This document shows positions 1 through 10,901 of a stretch of 64,000 bases of DNA, piece by piece. Numbering within the stretch: position 1 is the stretch's first letter; the number at the start of each line of letters is the position of its first letter. The position numbers were made by a program, and so were the translations under genes. The notes beneath the pieces are model-generated. The model worked only from the letters and a program-made list of their open reading frames with translations, searched no databases and was not told the DNA's origin. Source of the DNA: Methanotrichaceae archaeon. GTDB taxonomy: Archaea; Halobacteriota; Methanosarcinia; Methanotrichales; Methanotrichaceae. The stretch covers positions 160,001 to 224,000 of the forward strand of contig CAWEXU010000030.1 in the NCBI GenBank assembly GCA_963813075.1, written 5' to 3'.

Positions 1-3
1 CTA

Positions 4-486
4 TTGATCTATCATGCCAATCAGTGCGACCCCCGGAAGTGTTCAGGAAAGAAGCTGGCCCGCTTTGATCTGGTCCGGCTTACCCATCATATAAACCAGC
101 TCCGGCCCTACATTGTCCTCAGCCCGTTCTCGGAGAAAGCCCTCTCGCCGGAGGATCGAGGAGCCCGCGGTCTCGCGGCCCTTGACTGCAGCTGGGCCCA
201 TGCGGAGGAGGTATTCGCCCGGTTCAAGCTGCAGGAGAGGGCTTTGCCTTTTCTGGTGGCTGCCAACCCGGTCAACTGGGGAAAGCCCTTCAAGCTCTCC
301 ACCGTCGAAGCCCTGGCTGCAGGACTGGTGATCCTGGGAGAGAGGAGTCAGGCCGAGCTGATCCTCTCCAAGTTCAATTGGGGTCACGTCTTCTTAGAGC
401 TGAACCGCGAGCCATTGGCGGAGTACGCCGCGGCCAGGGATTCGGCGGAGGTGGTCCGGATTCAGAATGAATATATGTCGGAATAG
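4..486 (+). CDS. tsr3: Ribosome biogenesis protein Tsr3 (16S rRNA aminocarboxypropyltransferase, DUF367); true start may lie just upstream of the window
   Basis: Motifs [43 protein letters not shown]. Confidence 0.92.
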   Translation: MIYHANQCDPRKCSGKKLARFDLVRLTHHINQLRPYIVLSPFSEKALSPEDRGARGLAALDCSWAHAEEVFARFKLQERALPFLVAANPVNWGKPFKLSTVEALAAGLVILGERSQAELILSKFNWGHVFLELNREPLAEYAAARDSAEVVRIQNEYMSE

Positions 487-513
487 ATTTAAGGGCCAAA
501 GGCCCATAATATC

Positions 514-1029
514 ATGGTGTTGAAGATGACCGCAGGATTGATTCCGGCAGAAGAATTGCGCAAGCTGCAGATCAGGATGAATAAACTGATGGAGGAGCTG
601 GGCCTGGATGCTCTCGGATCCAGGTATACCGATGAACTGGAACGGATGCAAAGGCGCATGGGAGACCTGGTGGAGGATGTGGAGGGCCCGAACCTGAAGA
701 AAGGGGTGATACGGCCCCTGGCCGATGTTCAGGAGACCGATGAGGCATTGGTCGTGACCATGGATATGCCCGGAGTGGAAAAGCAGGATATCGATATCTC
801 GGTGGTGGAGGATGAGCTGCGAGTCTCGGGCCAAAGAAAGAGCGAGGCGGAGGTAACCGAGCAGGACTACCACCGCCGGGAGAGGACCTACACCCGCTTC
901 GAGCGAAGGGTGCTCCTGCCGGCCAGCATCAAGTCGGAGGAGGCGCGGGCAACATTGAACAACGGCGTCTTAGAGATCACCCTGCCCAAGGCCTCTGTCC
1001 CGAACCGCAAGCGAATAGTCATCGAATGA
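514..1029 (+). CDS. Small heat-shock protein (Hsp20/alpha-crystallin)
   Basis: PLADVQETD...DMPGVEKQDIDI...ERTYTRFERRVLLP...ATLNNGVLEITLPK and a C-terminal I-x-I motif. Confidence 0.93.
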   Translation: MVLKMTAGLIPAEELRKLQIRMNKLMEELGLDALGSRYTDELERMQRRMGDLVEDVEGPNLKKGVIRPLADVQETDEALVVTMDMPGVEKQDIDISVVEDELRVSGQRKSEAEVTEQDYHRRERTYTRFERRVLLPASIKSEEARATLNNGVLEITLPKASVPNRKRIVIE

Positions 1030-1079
1030 GGGCTAAGGGCCAATTTCCCCGGTCTTCCTTTTTTGCTTCCCGTTCCCTT

Positions 1080-2288
1080 TTATGGCCCCTCATTCTGGAG
1101 GAGAAGGTGGTGCATTTTGTCTCTCTTGGTCTCCAGGTATCGACGGTTGACATTATTTGGCTCGACCTCTAAAGGCACCCGCTCTGCTATCTTCAGGCCG
1201 TAACCCTCCAGACCGATCACTTTACGCGGGTTGTTGGTCAGGAGGCGCATCTCCTTTATGCCCAGATCGACCAGGATCTGAGCACCAATGCCGTAGTCCC
1301 TGAGGTCAGCAGGATAGCCGAGCTTATGGTTGGCCTCTACTGTATCCGAGCCGCCGTCTTGCAGAGCATATGCTCTTAATTTGTTGGCCAGACCTATACC
1401 CCTCCCCTCCTGGCGCATATAAAGGAGGACGCCATTGCCGTTCTCGGCTATGAGCTGCTGGGCCCGGCGAAGCTGCTCGCCACAGTCGCACCGTTTTGAG
1501 GAGAAGACGTCCCCAGTGAGGCACTCGGAGTGCACTCTGACCAGGGCATCAGGGCAGCTGGGGTCTCCGGCCACCAGGGCGATATGGCACTGGCCGTCCA
1601 GGATGGACTCATAGCCTACCGCCCTGAAGTCGCCATAAGCTGTTGGCATGATCACCTCGGAGATCCTCGAGATCAGCTTCTCATACTGCATCCGATAGCG
1701 TATCAGGCTCTCGATGGTCAGCATCTTCAGGCCGTGCTCCTGGGCGAACTTCTCCAGCTCTGGCAGACGGGCCATGGTGCCGTCATCGTTCATGATCTCC
1801 ACAATCACCCCCGCTGGCTGGAGCCCTGCCAGCCGGGCCAGGTCGACGCAGGCCTCCGTATGCCCCGTCCGCCTGAGCACCCCTCCCTCCTTGGCCTGCA
1901 GAGGAAAGAGGTGGCCAGGAGTGACAAGGTCGCTCCTTCCGGTATTGGGATCGATCAGGGCATGCACAGTCGTCGCCCGGTCGAATGCGGAGATGCCGGT
2001 GGTGGTATTGATCCTGGCATCCACCGATACAGTGAAAGCCGTGCCCATGGACTCGGTGTTCTGGCTGGTCATCAGGGGAACGTCCAGCTCGCGAAGGCGT
2101 TGGGCGGTCATCGGCATGCAGATCAGGCCCCGGCCAAAACGGGCCATGAAGTTGATGGCCTCCGGGGTCACATTCTCCGCGGCCATCATCAGGTCTCCCT
2201 CGTTCTCCCGGTTCTCATCGTCCAGGATTATTATGAAGCGGCCGGCGCGGATTTCCGCTATTGCCTCCTCTACAGTGCAAAATGGCAT
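1080..2288 (-). CDS. ribBA: Bifunctional DHBP synthase / GTP cyclohydrolase II
   Basis: [56 protein letters not shown]. Confidence 0.96.
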   Translation of the reverse strand: MPFCTVEEAIAEIRAGRFIIILDDENRENEGDLMMAAENVTPEAINFMARFGRGLICMPMTAQRLRELDVPLMTSQNTESMGTAFTVSVDARINTTTGISAFDRATTVHALIDPNTGRSDLVTPGHLFPLQAKEGGVLRRTGHTEACVDLARLAGLQPAGVIVEIMNDDGTMARLPELEKFAQEHGLKMLTIESLIRYRMQYEKLISRISEVIMPTAYGDFRAVGYESILDGQCHIALVAGDPSCPDALVRVHSECLTGDVFSSKRCDCGEQLRRAQQLIAENGNGVLLYMRQEGRGIGLANKLRAYALQDGGSDTVEANHKLGYPADLRDYGIGAQILVDLGIKEMRLLTNNPRKVIGLEGYGLKIAERVPLEVEPNNVNRRYLETKRDKMHHLLLQNEGP

Positions 2289-2326
2289 ATGCACAAAGGT
2301 TTATGCGGTCTGATATTAAGATTTTG

Positions 2327-3346
2327 TCAGGACCACACTCCCGCCACCGCCGCTTTGCAGTTGGGGCAGTGCCCTTCCACCACCGAGTTTTTCATGATAT
2401 GGTATCCACGGCGTTCGATAAGGGTATTGCCGCAGGCCGGACATATGGTGCTCTCGCTCTCTCCGAGGATGTTTCCGGCATAAACGTACTTCAAACCCGC
2501 TTCGTGTCCTATGTCCAGGGCTCTTTTTATCGATTCTATTCCTGTGGGTGGGGCATCCAGCAACCTGTAGGTGGGGTAAAAAGCAGAGACGTGCCAGGGG
2601 ATATCCCGGCTGACCCCGGCCAGGAACTGGGCGATATCTGCCAGCACCTCAACTGAATCATTGTAGCCCGGGATGACCAGGGTTGTGACCTCCACCCAGA
2701 CCCCTGCCCGCCAGAACCTCTCGATGTTGCTCTTTACCGGCTCTTGCTTTGCCTTGCACACCTTGCGGTAAAACCGGTCGTCTCCCTTCAGGTCAATGTT
2801 AATGCCGTCAAGCAGGGGAATGATCCTGTCACCGGCCTCCTGGCCGATATAGCCGTTGCTGACGAAGACATTGCGCAGTTTGGAGGCGCGAGCAAGTCTG
2901 GCCACATCATAAGCGTACTCAAAGAAGATGGTGGGCTCGGTATAGGTATAGGCAATGGACTGGCAACCTCTGGAGATTGCCGCTGCCACCACCTCCTCCG
3001 GAGGAACATAATTGCCCGGCAGTTTGCCGGTCTCCTGGGGGAGCTGGGAGATATCCGCGTTCTGGCAGTGTAGACAACGGAAGTTGCAGCCCACGGTGGC
3101 TATGGAGTAGGCCAGGCTGCCGGGAAGGAAATGAAAGAACGGCTTCTTTTCAATGGGGTCCATATTGGCAGCAATGAGGTTTCCATAGACCAGTGTCATC
3201 AGTTTCCCATTCTGATTCTCACGAACTGCGCATATCCCTCTCTTGCCGGGACGGATGTGGCAGCTCTGATGGCAGAGGCTGCAGTCCACGTCCTCAGACT
3301 CCAGGTCCAGCCTCTTCCAGAATTGGGCCTCTCGAGTGCTCATCAT
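2327..3346 (-). CDS. amrS: AmmeMemoRadiSam-system radical SAM enzyme (PFL-activating enzyme-like)
   Basis: N-terminal CxxCxxxC, DPIEKKPFFHF, radical SAM motif GCNFRCLHCQN, AYTYTEP, C-terminal CPACG and CPNC. Confidence 0.9.
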   Translation of the reverse strand: MMSTREAQFWKRLDLESEDVDCSLCHQSCHIRPGKRGICAVRENQNGKLMTLVYGNLIAANMDPIEKKPFFHFLPGSLAYSIATVGCNFRCLHCQNADISQLPQETGKLPGNYVPPEEVVAAAISRGCQSIAYTYTEPTIFFEYAYDVARLARASKLRNVFVSNGYIGQEAGDRIIPLLDGINIDLKGDDRFYRKVCKAKQEPVKSNIERFWRAGVWVEVTTLVIPGYNDSVEVLADIAQFLAGVSRDIPWHVSAFYPTYRLLDAPPTGIESIKRALDIGHEAGLKYVYAGNILGESESTICPACGNTLIERRGYHIMKNSVVEGHCPNCKAAVAGVWS

Positions 3347-3577
3347 AGACTATTCACCACCTAATCTGCCTTAGTATATGTGGATACCAGATGTAATACT
3401 TATTCATGGCCGATCAGGCGCTACTCAATTGGAATCCTGCAGACCAGGATAATAGTAGAGCAGCGAATGTGGCAATATAACGAGAGAAAAACCGCAGACC
3501 ACAAGAAAATCTGAATATAACTCAGGCGAAAAAAGAGATAGTTCTGGAGAGCCTTAGCCCTCCAGCTATTTGGTCTT

Positions 3578-5695
3578 TCAGTCTCTCCTGCTAAGGACGA
3601 GGTAGGCAACTGCCAGAAGGCCAGTCAGAGCGAAGATGCTGCCAAATCCGGGTGTGACGTTGGTGGCTGCCTCAGCAGCTTCCTCAGCCTCGGCTTCGGC
3701 TGCAGCTACATCTTCTGTGGCTTCTTCAACAGCGGTTTCGGCTTCAGCTACCGTCTCTTTGGCTTCCTCAACGGCTACTTCGGCCTCTTCTACGGCTTCC
3801 TCAGCAGCAGCAGCAGCGACTGGAGCGGCGGCAGCGGGCTCAACCTCTTCGGTTGCGTTCTCGTCTGCGACACCATCTCCCTCGATGGTTACTGCCTTGT
3901 AGATGTAGTATCTGAGCTCATCGGCGTCAGCGGTCCTGATGGCCACACCAGGCATGAGGCTGATATCCTTGTTCTTGCTGAGGGTGATATCGTTGTCCTC
4001 ATTGTTCATGGTGACGGTATCAGCGGTGACCGTCTGGATGGTCATCTTATCGTACTCGGTGTTCTCAGAGACGTCCTTGGGGGTGTCAGAGAGCTGCCAC
4101 AGTCCATCAACGGTTGCCAGGTTCTGGTCAGCGCCGCGGAAGGCGTTCTTGAAGTGAGCAGCGACGAGCACTACATCCTTGGAGTCGCCGATATCCTTCT
4201 TGTAGTAGTAGGTCTTGTCCTTCATGTCGGCATTGTCGGCAGATGGGGAGATGACCTTGCTGTCAACGACCTCTCCGTCCTTGTGGAGCTCGAGGTAAAC
4301 CTTGTTACCATCGATATCAATGGACTGGATGGCCAGTTCGTAGCCCTCTTCCATAGCCAGAGGTGTGCCGGAGGTAACGGTTCTCTCATCATCGTTGTCC
4401 ACCAGGATCTGGAGGACCTGTTCATCGGAGAGAACATTCTCGTCGTCAGACTCCTCGAAGAGGACATCATTGGTGCTGTCCGCGGTGTCAAGGTATCCAG
4501 CGAAGTACTTGTCGGCCATGAAGCCGATCACATTGAAGGATCCCCATTCCTCGAACTCGAAGTCATCCTTCTGAGCGGTGGTGGTGTAGGTGACGCCATC
4601 GGGCTCCAGGAGCTTGTTGCCCTCAGAGATAGTGGCGGTCAGCTCTTCGGTCTTGATGTTGTCATCGATATCGTAGTAGAATCCAGCGAAGTTATCAGCG
4701 GTCCAGGTGTAGGTGTCAGTGGCCACATTGCCCCTCAGCTCATAGTCCCCGGCCTCGGTGATATCCTTGTAGATGTAGTATCTGAGCTCATCGGCATCAG
4801 CGGTCCTGATAGCGATGCCAGGCATGAGGCTGATATCCTTGTTCTTGCTGAGAGTGATATCGTTGTCCTCATTGTTCATCATGATGCTGTTGGCGGTGAC
4901 CGTCTGGATGGTCATCTTGTCGTACTCGGTGTTCTCAGAGACATCCTTGGGGGCGTCAGAGAGCTGCCACAGTCCATCAACGGTTGCCAGGTTCTGGTCA
5001 GCGCCGCGGAAGGCGTTCTTGAAGTGAGCAGCGACGATGACTACATCCTTGGAGTCGCCGATATCCATCTTGTAGTAGTAGGTCTTGTCCTTCATTCCAG
5101 CGTTGTCGGCGGATGGGGAGATGACCTTGCTGTCAACAACAGCTCCGTCCTTGCTGAGCTCGAGGTAAACCTTGTTACCATCGATATCAATGGACTGGAT
5201 GGCCAGCTCGTAACCCTCTTCCATAGCCAGAGGTGTGCCAGAGGTGACGGTTCTCTCATCATCGTTGTCCACCAGGATCTGGAGGACCTGCTCATCGGAA
5301 AGGACATTCTCGTCGTCAGACTCCTCGAAGAGCACATCATTGGTGCTGTCCGCGGTGTCAAGGTATCCAGCGAAGTACTTCTCGGCCATGAAGCCGATGA
5401 CATTGAAGGATCCCCATTCCTCGAACTCGAATTCGTCCTGCTGAGCGCTGGTGGTGTATGTGACGCCATCAGGCTCGAGGAGCTTGTTGCCTTCGGATAC
5501 GGTTGTTGTCAGTTCCTCGGTCTTGATGTTGTCATCAAGATCATAGTAGAAGCCGGCAAAGTCGTCTGCTGTCCAGGTGGCGCCTTCTGTGGCGACCTTC
5601 CCGCGGACCTCGACACTGTCAGCCGCTCCTACTGCCATCGCTGTTGCTAATAATAGCACCATCGATGTAAATGTAATTGCAGCTAATTTCTTCAT
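3578..5695 (-). CDS. S-layer protein with two tandem Methanosarcinales S-layer (DUF1608-type) domains, an Ala/Glu-rich linker and a PGF-CTERM anchor
   Basis: Signal peptide; WTADxFAGFYYDxDDNIKTEEL occurs twice; C-terminal TPGFGSIFALTGLLAVAYLVLSRRD; strongly biased codon usage. Confidence 0.92.
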   Translation of the reverse strand: MKKLAAITFTSMVLLLATAMAVGAADSVEVRGKVATEGATWTADDFAGFYYDLDDNIKTEELTTTVSEGNKLLEPDGVTYTTSAQQDEFEFEEWGSFNVIGFMAEKYFAGYLDTADSTNDVLFEESDDENVLSDEQVLQILVDNDDERTVTSGTPLAMEEGYELAIQSIDIDGNKVYLELSKDGAVVDSKVISPSADNAGMKDKTYYYKMDIGDSKDVVIVAAHFKNAFRGADQNLATVDGLWQLSDAPKDVSENTEYDKMTIQTVTANSIMMNNEDNDITLSKNKDISLMPGIAIRTADADELRYYIYKDITEAGDYELRGNVATDTYTWTADNFAGFYYDIDDNIKTEELTATISEGNKLLEPDGVTYTTTAQKDDFEFEEWGSFNVIGFMADKYFAGYLDTADSTNDVLFEESDDENVLSDEQVLQILVDNDDERTVTSGTPLAMEEGYELAIQSIDIDGNKVYLELHKDGEVVDSKVISPSADNADMKDKTYYYKKDIGDSKDVVLVAAHFKNAFRGADQNLATVDGLWQLSDTPKDVSENTEYDKMTIQTVTADTVTMNNEDNDITLSKNKDISLMPGVAIRTADADELRYYIYKAVTIEGDGVADENATEEVEPAAAAPVAAAAAEEAVEEAEVAVEEAKETVAEAETAVEEATEDVAAAEAEAEEAAEAATNVTPGFGSIFALTGLLAVAYLVLSRRD
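3890..5625. repeat. Internal 870-bp direct duplication within the S-layer gene
   Basis: GTAGATGTAGTATCTGAGCTCATCGGC at 3899 and 4769; the two copies are near-identical at nucleotide level. Confidence 0.9.
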
Positions 5696-6228
5696 CTTTT
5701 AACCTCCTATTTACCCTTCATGATCACTTTCAGCAGCATACAGTCTGATTATTCTTAAAACTATTGCCTGAATAACGTCTCGAACCGCCCGCTAAAGGCA
5801 TGGCGCATGGTATCTCCTGCATTGCCATTGCTTTCGAGCGCATTTCTGACATGTGTATAGCTACGTCACCCTCCTAATCCCAAAATGGGACTATAGGGTA
5901 GTGATAGAGTATTTCCCTATTATATCTTTTTTGGTCACTGTTAGCAGCTTGGTGCCGGTCTTCCCTATTCTGAGAAGGCTATTCGACCAAAGAGCTTTCC
6001 AAGGCTCAAGGCCTGCATTATCATACCTCCTTAAAAGCTTATTCTTTGGGATCAAAAATCCCAGCGGAATTTTTGGCTATAACATGATGTATGCATTCAT
6101 CTGTATGCACCAACGGGGTTCGCATTAAATGAATCGATGATGTGGGAAAAAGCACTATCTTAGGGTATATTGAAAATTTTTGATATGGAGGGAAAACCGT
6201 TTTACAGCAGGCATTCGTATATGCGAAT

Positions 6229-7248
6229 ATGAGCGATAGGAAATTCGCCCTGATCTATCATCCCATCTATCTGGAGCACGATACCGATGGCCATCCAGAG
6301 AGAAAGGAACGCCTGACGGCAATCCTGGATAGAGTAGAATCCGAGGGTCTGGATATAGAATACATTACTCCAAGATACGCGACAATCGAGCAGGTCCAGA
6401 CGATACACGGACAGAAGTATATCGATCAGGTGAGAACCATCTGCGAGCAGGGCGGCGGCCACCTCGATATTGACACTGTCCTCTCCAAGGACTCTTATGA
6501 TGCTGCCCTGATGGCCGCAGGAGGAGCCATTGCCGCGGTGGATGCGGTAATTGATGGACATCGTGGAGCCTTTGCTCTGGTCAGGCCCCCGGGCCACCAT
6601 GCCATGGCCAATCGCGGCATGGGCTTTTGCATCTTCAATAACGTGGCCATAGCGGCGAAGCATGCTCAGGCCAGAGGTCTGGAGAAGGTTCTGATCGTGG
6701 ACTGGGATGTTCACCATGGAAATGGGACCAATGCCATATTCTACTCCGACCGCTCGGTGCTGTACTTCTCCACCCACCAGTTTCCCCACTATCCGGGCAC
6801 CGGCAGAATGGACGATGTGGGAGAAGATGGCGCTCAGGGAACCAAAGTGAACGTGCCCCTGCCCTCTGGAACTGGGGACGAGGGCTATCTGATGGCCTAC
6901 CGGGAGATCCTGTTGCCCATTGCCCTTGAGTTCTCGCCAGATATCGTCCTGGTCTCAGCGGGCCAGGACCCGCATAAAGATGATCCTCTGGGCGGGATGG
7001 GCCTCACTGCCAGCGGATTTGCCGCCATCGCCGGAGTGGTGGCCCAGGTCGCAGATCTCTGTTCAAATGGAAGGGTGGCTGCCGTTCTGGAGGGAGGCTA
7101 CAACCTCTCCGCCCAGGCGGAGGCTGTTGTGGCCCAGATCAGGGCATTTCAAGGGGATGTGCCGGAGATAGGAGGATTCGACCCCAAGGTCGCCCGGCGG
7201 ATAGATGAGATAAAGAGCATCCAGAAAGCCTACTGGAAGTGCTTCTAA
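6229..7248 (+). CDS. Histone deacetylase family (acetylpolyamine amidohydrolase-like) protein
   Basis: HPERKERL, RPPGHHA, GFCIFNNVA, DWDVHHGNGT, SAGQD, LEGGY. Confidence 0.93.
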   Translation: MSDRKFALIYHPIYLEHDTDGHPERKERLTAILDRVESEGLDIEYITPRYATIEQVQTIHGQKYIDQVRTICEQGGGHLDIDTVLSKDSYDAALMAAGGAIAAVDAVIDGHRGAFALVRPPGHHAMANRGMGFCIFNNVAIAAKHAQARGLEKVLIVDWDVHHGNGTNAIFYSDRSVLYFSTHQFPHYPGTGRMDDVGEDGAQGTKVNVPLPSGTGDEGYLMAYREILLPIALEFSPDIVLVSAGQDPHKDDPLGGMGLTASGFAAIAGVVAQVADLCSNGRVAAVLEGGYNLSAQAEAVVAQIRAFQGDVPEIGGFDPKVARRIDEIKSIQKAYWKCF

Positions 7249-7283
7249 CCCGGGCAAAAAAATCGATCGGCTATCAATAGCTC

Positions 7284-8597
7284 TCAATATATCGGGGCCC
7301 GAAATTCAAGGTATTGGGCCAGAAATATCCTGAACTCCCGATCCCCGATCTTTAGGATCTCCTGGCCGGCATATATCGTATGCCCTCTGCGAATGGCTCC
7401 GGAGAGGTGCTTACCCAGGGAGAGCCCCTCCAGTTCTGCTGCCAGGAGATCCTGAGCCCGGGTATATTTGCGAGATTCCTCCACCACCACCTTGCCCTCG
7501 TTGACATAAGGCCCGGCCAGGGGATGGGGATGGGCAGCCAGGAAGCGGGCTGCATGCTCTGCCTCCCAGACGGGCGGCCCTGAGCGGCGGACAGCTTTGG
7601 ACAGCTCCCAGACCTCCATCTCAAAGAGCATCACCGCCCTGTCGCGATAGGCGAGGACATCGCTGCGCAGAACCAAGAAGCCGTTTCGAGTCAAGAGCGC
7701 CCGGATGGACTCTTCTGCTTTGCGCAGCTGGGGGTAGAGGACATCCTCCACCACATCCGGAGCCTGAAACTGGAGGATGATGGGCATTGTTCCTCGCGCA
7801 TCCATTCTGGATTGGACCTTTTCATCGGAGAGGGGCTCGTGCTCGGGAGGGAAGAAAAAATCCAGGTGGGGTCGGGCGAGAAAGGAACGGGCCGCGGCAC
7901 TGAACAGGAGCATCTTGTCCAGGGTCAGGGCTGCGGCCACATTCCGGTTGGGGTCCACCGGGTCTACCACCGTCAAAGGCTCATCATGCAACTTCGTTCT
8001 CTTTCCCTCCAGCTCCAGGAAGGTATTGGGCCTCCAGAGGGATGCGGCGCGGAGGACAGCGGGAAAGGAGCGGTAGAGTATCACCAGCAGCTCCGCCAGG
8101 TAGCCGGAAAAGCCGCCCGTCTTCAGTTCCGAGCCATAGACCCCGATTCCCTTGAGAAACTGCTTCAAAAGCAGGACCTCATCCTCCAGGCCACTGATCC
8201 TGGAGACGACATATCTGTTGTGGAAGGGGGTTCTGTCCACCGCCGACTTCAGCTGGCTGGCATCATCGACCAGATAGCAGGGGACCAGATCCACCTCATA
8301 GCCGTCCATCCGGGCATGGACATAGGGATGCTCGGCATACCTCTCCTCGTGCTCCGGAGCAGCCAGCCTGGCCAGATTCATGGCTTGGTCCAGGTCGCCC
8401 TTCTCCGGCACACCCAAAAATATGTCCAGATCATGGTCCTGGGCCAGCCAGGTGCCTCTGGCCGCAGAGCCCACCAGCATAACCTCAAGGGTCATGCCCA
8501 GCTCATCCGCCAGGCGCTCGATTTCTGCGATGATCTCTTTGGAGACGACTCGAAGCCTCTCCTTCTCCGCCGGGCTGGGCCGGACCCGGCTCAGCAC
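7284..8597 (-). CDS. cca: Archaeal (class I) CCA-adding enzyme
   Basis: VGSAARGTWL...DLDIF, YAEHPY, VDRTPFH, GGFSGYLAEL, DPVDPNRNVAAA. Confidence 0.95.
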   Translation of the reverse strand: MLSRVRPSPAEKERLRVVSKEIIAEIERLADELGMTLEVMLVGSAARGTWLAQDHDLDIFLGVPEKGDLDQAMNLARLAAPEHEERYAEHPYVHARMDGYEVDLVPCYLVDDASQLKSAVDRTPFHNRYVVSRISGLEDEVLLLKQFLKGIGVYGSELKTGGFSGYLAELLVILYRSFPAVLRAASLWRPNTFLELEGKRTKLHDEPLTVVDPVDPNRNVAAALTLDKMLLFSAAARSFLARPHLDFFFPPEHEPLSDEKVQSRMDARGTMPIILQFQAPDVVEDVLYPQLRKAEESIRALLTRNGFLVLRSDVLAYRDRAVMLFEMEVWELSKAVRRSGPPVWEAEHAARFLAAHPHPLAGPYVNEGKVVVEESRKYTRAQDLLAAELEGLSLGKHLSGAIRRGHTIYAGQEILKIGDREFRIFLAQYLEFRAPIY

Positions 8598-8604
8598 CGA
8601 TTCT

Positions 8605-9156
8605 CTAATCTCCGAGAGGGAATACTGCCAGGTCTTCGTATATGGGCCCTCCGGGGGTCAGTGTACTCTTTTTAAGATAGAATTCCCTAACCGTGAAGCT
8701 TCCCAGGTCCACTGTGGATTGCGAGCTGATCTTGGCTAAAAGCTCCCGGCTGGTCCGGGCATCAGGCCGGCCCACCCTTCCTATTGTCACATGAGGGGTA
8801 AAACCCCGCTCCTCTGGGGGAAATCCCAGGGGCTTCAGAGCCGCTTCCACCTTACTGTAGAGGGGGGAGAAGTCTCCCTCCAGGCCCAGCCAGACCACCC
8901 GCACCGACCGGCCGGGAAATGCCCCCATGCCCGCCACCCGGGCGGTGAAGGGAGCCAGTTTGATCGTAGCGAGGGCCTCTTTGACCCTCTCCACCTTAGC
9001 CACAGGCACATCCCCCAGGAACTTAAGGGTGACATGGACCAGCTCCGGCCGGACCAGTCGCAGGCCTTCCGTGGCTATGCTACCCTCTAGAAGGCCGATC
9101 TGCTCGCGCATCTCCTGCGGAATATCCACCGCTACAAAGCACCTGATTCCGGTCAT
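8605..9156 (-). CDS. thpR: RNA 2',3'-cyclic phosphodiesterase (2H family)
   Basis: Two HxT motifs ([15 protein letters not shown]); start placed at [10 protein letters not shown], overlapping the ilvD stop. Confidence 0.92.
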   Translation of the reverse strand: MTGIRCFVAVDIPQEMREQIGLLEGSIATEGLRLVRPELVHVTLKFLGDVPVAKVERVKEALATIKLAPFTARVAGMGAFPGRSVRVVWLGLEGDFSPLYSKVEAALKPLGFPPEERGFTPHVTIGRVGRPDARTSRELLAKISSQSTVDLGSFTVREFYLKKSTLTPGGPIYEDLAVFPLGD

Positions 9157-10808
9157 CTGAGTACGCTGCCTTTGCTGGCTGAGGTCACCGAATTTCTGTA
9201 CCGGGCCAGAACTCCGGTCTTTATGGCATTCTCCGGCATATCCGGCATCTTCCATTCCCCTCTCCTCCGCTCCAGCTCCGCCATGTCCACCTGCAGATCG
9301 AGCTTGCGGGCAGGGATATCGATGCTTATCATATCACCAGGCCGGACTAAAGCGATGGGACCTCCTACCGCGGCCTCGGGCGAGACATGGCCTATGCAGG
9401 GACCTCTGGTGCCTCCGCTGAACCGGCCATCGGTTATCAGAGCCACGGATTCGGAGAGGCCTGCCCCGGCGATGGCAGAAGTGGGAGCCAGGGCCTCTCG
9501 CATTCCCGGACCGCCTTTGGGCCCTTCATATCTGATCACCACTACATCGCCCGGCTTTACCTCGCCACCCACTATCCCGGCCATGGATGCCTCCTCGCTA
9601 TCATAGATCACTGCCGGGCCGGAATGCACGAGCATAGAGGGGGATACTGCGGTCTGCTTGACCACCGCACCCTCCGGGGCCAGGCTGCCGAAGAGTATGG
9701 CTATACCCCCTTCGGCATGCACGGGTGAGCTGATGGTGCTTATGACCCGGGAATTGGTGAGGGGGTTGATCAGCTTGAATGAGTCCAGGTTCTCGCCCAA
9801 CTTCTGGCCGGTCACAGTCAGAGCATCCAGCGCCAGTTGAGAGCGAAGGGCACTCATGACTGCAGGAATCCCTCCTGCCCTCTCCAGGTCGATGATGTGG
9901 TGAGGTCCGCCCGGCCTGAGGTTGACCAGATGGGGCGTCTCCCGGCTGAGCTCGTCGAAGCGCTTGATATCCAGATCCAGGCCGAACTCCGCAGCGATCG
10001 CCAGCATGTGCAGGACGGTATTCGTCGATCCTCCGATGGCCATGTCCACCCGGATGGCGTTATCCAGGGATGATTTTGTGACAATCTGGCGAGCAGTTAT
10101 CCCTTTTTTCACCAACTCCATGATCTTCATCCCGGATAGCTTGGCCAGACGGATCTTTCGCGCATCGACCGCATGGACGGTAGCGCACCCGGGCAGGGAG
10201 AGGCCCATGGCCTCGGTGAGGCAGGCCATGGTATTGGCGGTAAAGAGGCCGGCGCATGAGCCTGCGCCTGGACATGCCATATCCTCCAGGGCATCCAGGG
10301 TCTCGCCCCCTTTCTGCCATTCCTCGAAGACATTGATCAGGTCCAGCTCCTTGTCGCAGGCAAATCCGGGCATCATCGGACCGCCGGTTATCACGATGGT
10401 GGGCAGGTCCAGTCTGCCCGCGGCCATGATGTGTCCGGGCACTATCTTATCGCAGGTAGGGATCATCACCAGGCCGTCGAGCTGGTGGGACTCGACCATG
10501 ATCTCAATGGTGTCCTCGATCAGCTCGCGACTGGGCAGGGAATATCTCATTCCCTTATGGCCCATAGCGATGCCATCGCAGACCCCGATGGTCTGGAACT
10601 CGAAGGGAATCCCTCCCGCAGAGAGGATACCTGCCTTGACCGCCTCCCCCAGCCGGTCGAGATGAATATGTCCGGGTATAAAATCGTTACAAGAGTTGAC
10701 AACGCCGATGAAAGGACGGCGAATCTCCTCATCGCATAGGCCGGTAGCCTTGAGAAGAGCCCTGTGTGGCGCTCTCTCTATACCGACCTTGGTGACATCG
10801 CTCCTCAT
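9153..10808 (-). CDS. ilvD: Dihydroxy-acid dehydratase
   Basis: [55 protein letters not shown]. Confidence 0.97.
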   Translation of the reverse strand: MRSDVTKVGIERAPHRALLKATGLCDEEIRRPFIGVVNSCNDFIPGHIHLDRLGEAVKAGILSAGGIPFEFQTIGVCDGIAMGHKGMRYSLPSRELIEDTIEIMVESHQLDGLVMIPTCDKIVPGHIMAAGRLDLPTIVITGGPMMPGFACDKELDLINVFEEWQKGGETLDALEDMACPGAGSCAGLFTANTMACLTEAMGLSLPGCATVHAVDARKIRLAKLSGMKIMELVKKGITARQIVTKSSLDNAIRVDMAIGGSTNTVLHMLAIAAEFGLDLDIKRFDELSRETPHLVNLRPGGPHHIIDLERAGGIPAVMSALRSQLALDALTVTGQKLGENLDSFKLINPLTNSRVISTISSPVHAEGGIAILFGSLAPEGAVVKQTAVSPSMLVHSGPAVIYDSEEASMAGIVGGEVKPGDVVVIRYEGPKGGPGMREALAPTSAIAGAGLSESVALITDGRFSGGTRGPCIGHVSPEAAVGGPIALVRPGDMISIDIPARKLDLQVDMAELERRRGEWKMPDMPENAIKTGVLARYRNSVTSASKGSVLR

Positions 10809-10901
10809 ATCCAAAGACCTCATTCGCCTCTGCCACTTTTCCGTTTAAGTAGTTGCTGTTAAATACCACAAGATACTTGCCGCCAGGAGGTGTTTGAAAG
10901 C

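Noticed and set aside
4154..5650. 498-aa ORF on +, and similar long antisense ORFs at 1530-2483, 7812-8675, 9922-10665, 17569-18339 and 51890-52327
   Set aside because: They are shadows of strongly codon-biased genes on the opposite strand, with no motifs of their own.
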